The position numbers were made by a program, and so were the translations under genes. The notes below the pieces were generated by a model. It saw only the letters and a program-made list of their open reading frames with translations. It was not told the DNA's origin and did not search any database. This document shows, piece after piece, positions 60,566 through 64,000 of a DNA stretch of 64,000 bases. Position 1 is the stretch's first letter, and every line of letters starts with the position of its first letter. The stretch is from Heteronotia binoei (taxonomy: Eukaryota), in the NCBI RefSeq assembly GCF_032191835.1, contig NC_083240.1, positions 43,834,001 to 43,898,000 on the forward strand, given 5' to 3'.

Positions 60566-60978
60566 ATTTTTTTTTGTTCAGTCACACAGTTGAGTCTTTG
60601 CGACCCCATGGACAAAGTCACGCCAGGCCCTCCTGTCTTCCACCATCTTCCAAAGTGTGCTCAAATTCGTGTTACTTACATCAATAATGCTGTCCAGCTA
60701 TCTCATCTTTTGCCGTCCCTTTCTTCTTTTGCCTTCTGTCTTTCCCAGCATCAGGATCTTCTCCAGTGAGTGCTCCCTTCTCATTGGGTGGCCGAAGTAT
60801 TGAACTTCAGCTTCAGCATCTGACCTTCCAGGGAACAGTCAGGGTTGATTTCCCTTAGGACTGACTGATTGGATCTTCTTGCAGTCCAAGGGACTCTCAA
60901 GATTCTTCTCCAGCACCACAGCTCAAAAGCAGCTATTCTTCTGCGCTCGGCCTTCCTTATGGTCCAGCTCTCACAGCC
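60566..60978 (-). mobile_element. BovB/RTE LINE 3' fragment
   Basis: gcgaccccatggac...ttcccagcatcagg-tcttctccagtgag...ggccgaagtatt...ttcagcttcagcatc...gcagtccaagggactctcaag...ctccagcaccacag, the typical BovB 3' region. Confidence 0.88.
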
Positions 60979-61377
60979 AGAAAAATTACTGGGTCATTGT
61001 TGGCTAACAGAACAGGTACGGCATTGCCTGATGATGCTTTGCCTACCTGCTGGATCGTCTCCATCCCAGATCGCAACGTTGGTCCCTCTTTCTTCTTGTC
61101 CGCACCACACCAGAGCTGAGAGTGCTTTTCCAAAGCCCTTTGGATAAGGGAGGTAACTGCTTTTCTTCAGGTCGTTGAAACAACTGCGAGGCCATTAAGA
61201 GGTTTTACAGGAAAGTTATTCACCACTTCTGCGGGGGGGGGGGGGGAGAGAATTTATGCAAACACCCTTGTTTCCCCCATCTACTATTTTCAACTAAGAA
61301 AACTCATGGACATGTTCTCTCCTGCCCACCCCCAAATGTCTTATAGAGGCATGTTACCCAATTGAAGAGGCTTGGAC

Positions 61378-61910
61378 ATTTTTTTTTAAAAACAGTAAAT
61401 AACTTTTATTACATTTTTTTATATAATACAGATCATAAACATATCACACTATCAAGAACCAAAGTAAATATTTATACTAAAGTTAAATGCGATCTTAAAG
61501 AGATCTTAACATACAATTGAAAAAATATTTCAATGAGGGAAATCCCGCAGTAAAGAAGATATTTCTATAGCCAAGCAAAGTGAGTTATTATTTTAAAACT
61601 GAATAAATTTAATAAAATCCCAAAAATAGTAAAAAAGGGGGGTTTTTTTTAGAAAAATTAAAAATAATAAATCACTAATAATTCTTGCACTTGGAGGTGA
61701 GAAATAAGGACATCTAACAGTGATTTTGGATAAACATGGTTTAATAAGTCTACATATTGTTGATCAGTACACTGAATCGATGGCCTATGTGTTACCATAA
61801 GAGACTGACTGGTTGAGAAGACCCATCGCTCAAACTTAAACCTTTTCTGTATTGACTCCTGAGCTATGGGAATTTGTGAGGCTAGACGCACCTTAGAATT
61901 CTCAAGGAAT
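61378..61910 (-). mobile_element. Probable L1 3' end (AT-rich, poly-T start); similar piece ~49860-50180
   Basis: Poly-T then AT-rich UTR; weak L1-like translation. Classification uncertain. Confidence 0.45.
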
Positions 61911-64000
61911 GCTGGGCTCCTCTCCCTAGGCTGAGTCTGACACAGTCAAAACTGGGAGTTTTTGCTAAAGATGGCCTCCCCAGACAGGGAAATGTTTTAT
62001 AGAAATCACTTAGATAATTTGCATGAACGGTTGCTGGGGCCCCTAGCCTGTGGTGGGGGATGTGGTGTAGGGTTGCCTGGAGATTTGGGGATGGCAGGGG
62101 CTAAAGTTGCCAGCTCAAGGCTAGAGAACACCTGGAATTTTTGGAGGTTGAGTTTGGGGAGGGGAGGGGAGGTGCTTCAGTGGGGTATAATGCCAGAGTC
62201 CACGTACTGAGGCTGCCAAAAGACATCAGTGGAAGCCTGGCCTATGATCCACCAATCAATCAAGTGCATGTTTCCTCAGGAAAATCTTCATGCAACCTGA
62301 TTTACTGTTGCAACCTTGTACAGGAGCAAGTCCTCAATACATTCCGTTCTGCAGCCAGCAACCACCAGACCCTTTGAGACCCAAGAGGCAGATGTTAAGT
62401 ATTTTGTTTCTAATTAATTTTTTCTTTCTGCCATCCTCCCTGGGTTGGCAGGGGTGGAGAATAATAAGCCTCCCACGAGATCATCCCGTGAGCTGGTACC
62501 ACAGCGAGTCGTTGGAGAACTAGATGGGGATCTGGTCGGAGACCCGGGTTCAAATTCCTGCTTTAACATGGAAGCTTGCTGGGTGACCTTGGCCAAGTCG
62601 CACACTCTCAGTCTGTCCTACTTTACAGGGTTGTTGTGAGGAAAGAAAGGCAATGGGCAGAATGACCCAGTAAGCTGTGTTGGTTCCCCTCTGCAGGGAA
62701 AAGAAGTATCTCCTAAAACTTCTTTAGGGGTGTGGAGCAGGGGTGCCACCGCCCCACAACTTATTAAGCCCCCCACTTCAAAGCCTTCTGTGGAGGAATC
62801 ATCCTTCACACCAGGCCGCAGCCTCTGTTCCCTCACAGGTCAGCGTTCCCAGAGTCTAGTGGGGTCTGGTTGGGGGTGGCCCAAAGCTTGTGGGGGAACA
62901 CAGTTCCCCCTCAGGTTTCTTAATCTTCATTTCTCTTTTGGACACATCGTGCTTTTGGAGCCGTTCATGCTAAGAACAGGCTTTGGGTCAGGAAACCGCA
63001 CAGGCCCTCTTGTGGGGCAGAGACCCCTCTCCAGCCTTTGGTGCAGCCAGGCAGGGCTTTTTTAAAAAAAGGACGATCACTATTTATGGCTGGACTGGTG
63101 ACTCATGAACCAGGGAGCCTGGGACTATACTGTGCTGGTTAGGTCTAAGTGCATTTGCCAATCTCCAGGTGTGGCCTGGAGATCTCCTGGAATTAGATCT
63201 CCAGGCAACCAAACCCAGTTTGCCAGGCCCAATGGCTGCTTTGGAGGGTGGACTCGACAGCGTTAGACCCCCTCAGGGCTCCACCTCCCAGAGTCTCCAG
63301 CTAGTTCTCACCAGTGTTCCCTTTTTAGTCTCCGGCTTGCATTTTGTCTTAGCTCAGGAAAAATGGCCCCAGAGCACACTCGTATTATTATTATTAATTT
63401 ATATTCCACCCATTCCCCCATAGGGGCTCAGAGCGGAGCACAACACAAATAATGAAATCACAATAAAATCACAGCAGCATGATAATAAAAACAGATTACA
63501 AATAAGGGCAACCAACAACAGTAACTGTACAATAACCCTGCTCCCATTTTAATTTCTGCCCTCTTCCCCTGGGTCTTCTCGTGCAGGTTCCTTGCTGTGT
63601 GGTCATGCCAGCATCCTGAGCCTTGCAGCTTCAGTCCTCAGGTGACGAAAGCCTCGCCTCATTAATGCGATGAGGTGTATCGCATGTTGGGCTGCAGTGG
63701 ACTTATGCAGTTGCTCACAACTTCCATGCCGGTAGCTCATGAAGTAGAATTTTTGCTCACAAGACTCTGCAGGTTAGAGGGAACGCTGCTTCTTCTCACC
63801 CCAGAGTTGGCACCCCTGACAAGGAGCACCCCCTCTGCTCAGGATGACCCTGGCGGCCTCCGAGTTGGGTTGCCAAGTCCAATGCAATCTGGGGACTTTG
63901 GGGGTGGAGCCAGGAGACATTGGGGTTGGGGCCAGGAGCGAGGTAGTGACAGCACAATTGAACTCCAAAGGGAGTGCTGGGTGGCCATCACATTTCAAGG

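Noticed and set aside
59020-64000. Start of DHRS11, the next gene in mammals
   Set aside because: No CpG island or SDR N-terminal TGASGGIG motif; only repeats.

Overview
Vertebrate genomic DNA, very probably a gecko (many copies of a Squam3-like SINE of the type I recall as gecko-specific, plus CR1, L2, L1, BovB, Penelope and hAT MITE repeats typical of squamates). It holds two + strand genes in the same order as mammalian PIGW-GGNBP2. (1) The single coding exon of PIGW (3734-5248, 504 aa). (2) A complete GGNBP2/ZNF403 gene: CpG-island promoter at ~12.4-13.3 kb, 13 coding exons (15658-58468, all GT-AG, 2100 nt, 699 aa) and a poly(A) signal at 58988. The rest is intronic/intergenic repeat, with two N gaps. 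I found no evidence of a new multi-gene system. The best leads concern GGNBP2 isoforms and intron structure: tandem exon-7 donors with a GYEYVIC-stop read-through; an in-frame 18-nt duplication in exon 4; a ~0.6-0.7 kb inverted CR1 pair around exons 4-6 (circRNA candidate); an in-frame 99-codon extension upstream of the start codon; two retroposon 3'-end tandem arrays flanking exon 11; and a 120-bp (TA)n-centred palindrome upstream of the promoter. A 5'-intact antisense L1 also abuts the PIGW coding exon. Repeat family names and comparisons with human come from memory, not from searches. Exon numbering assumes a non-coding exon 1.
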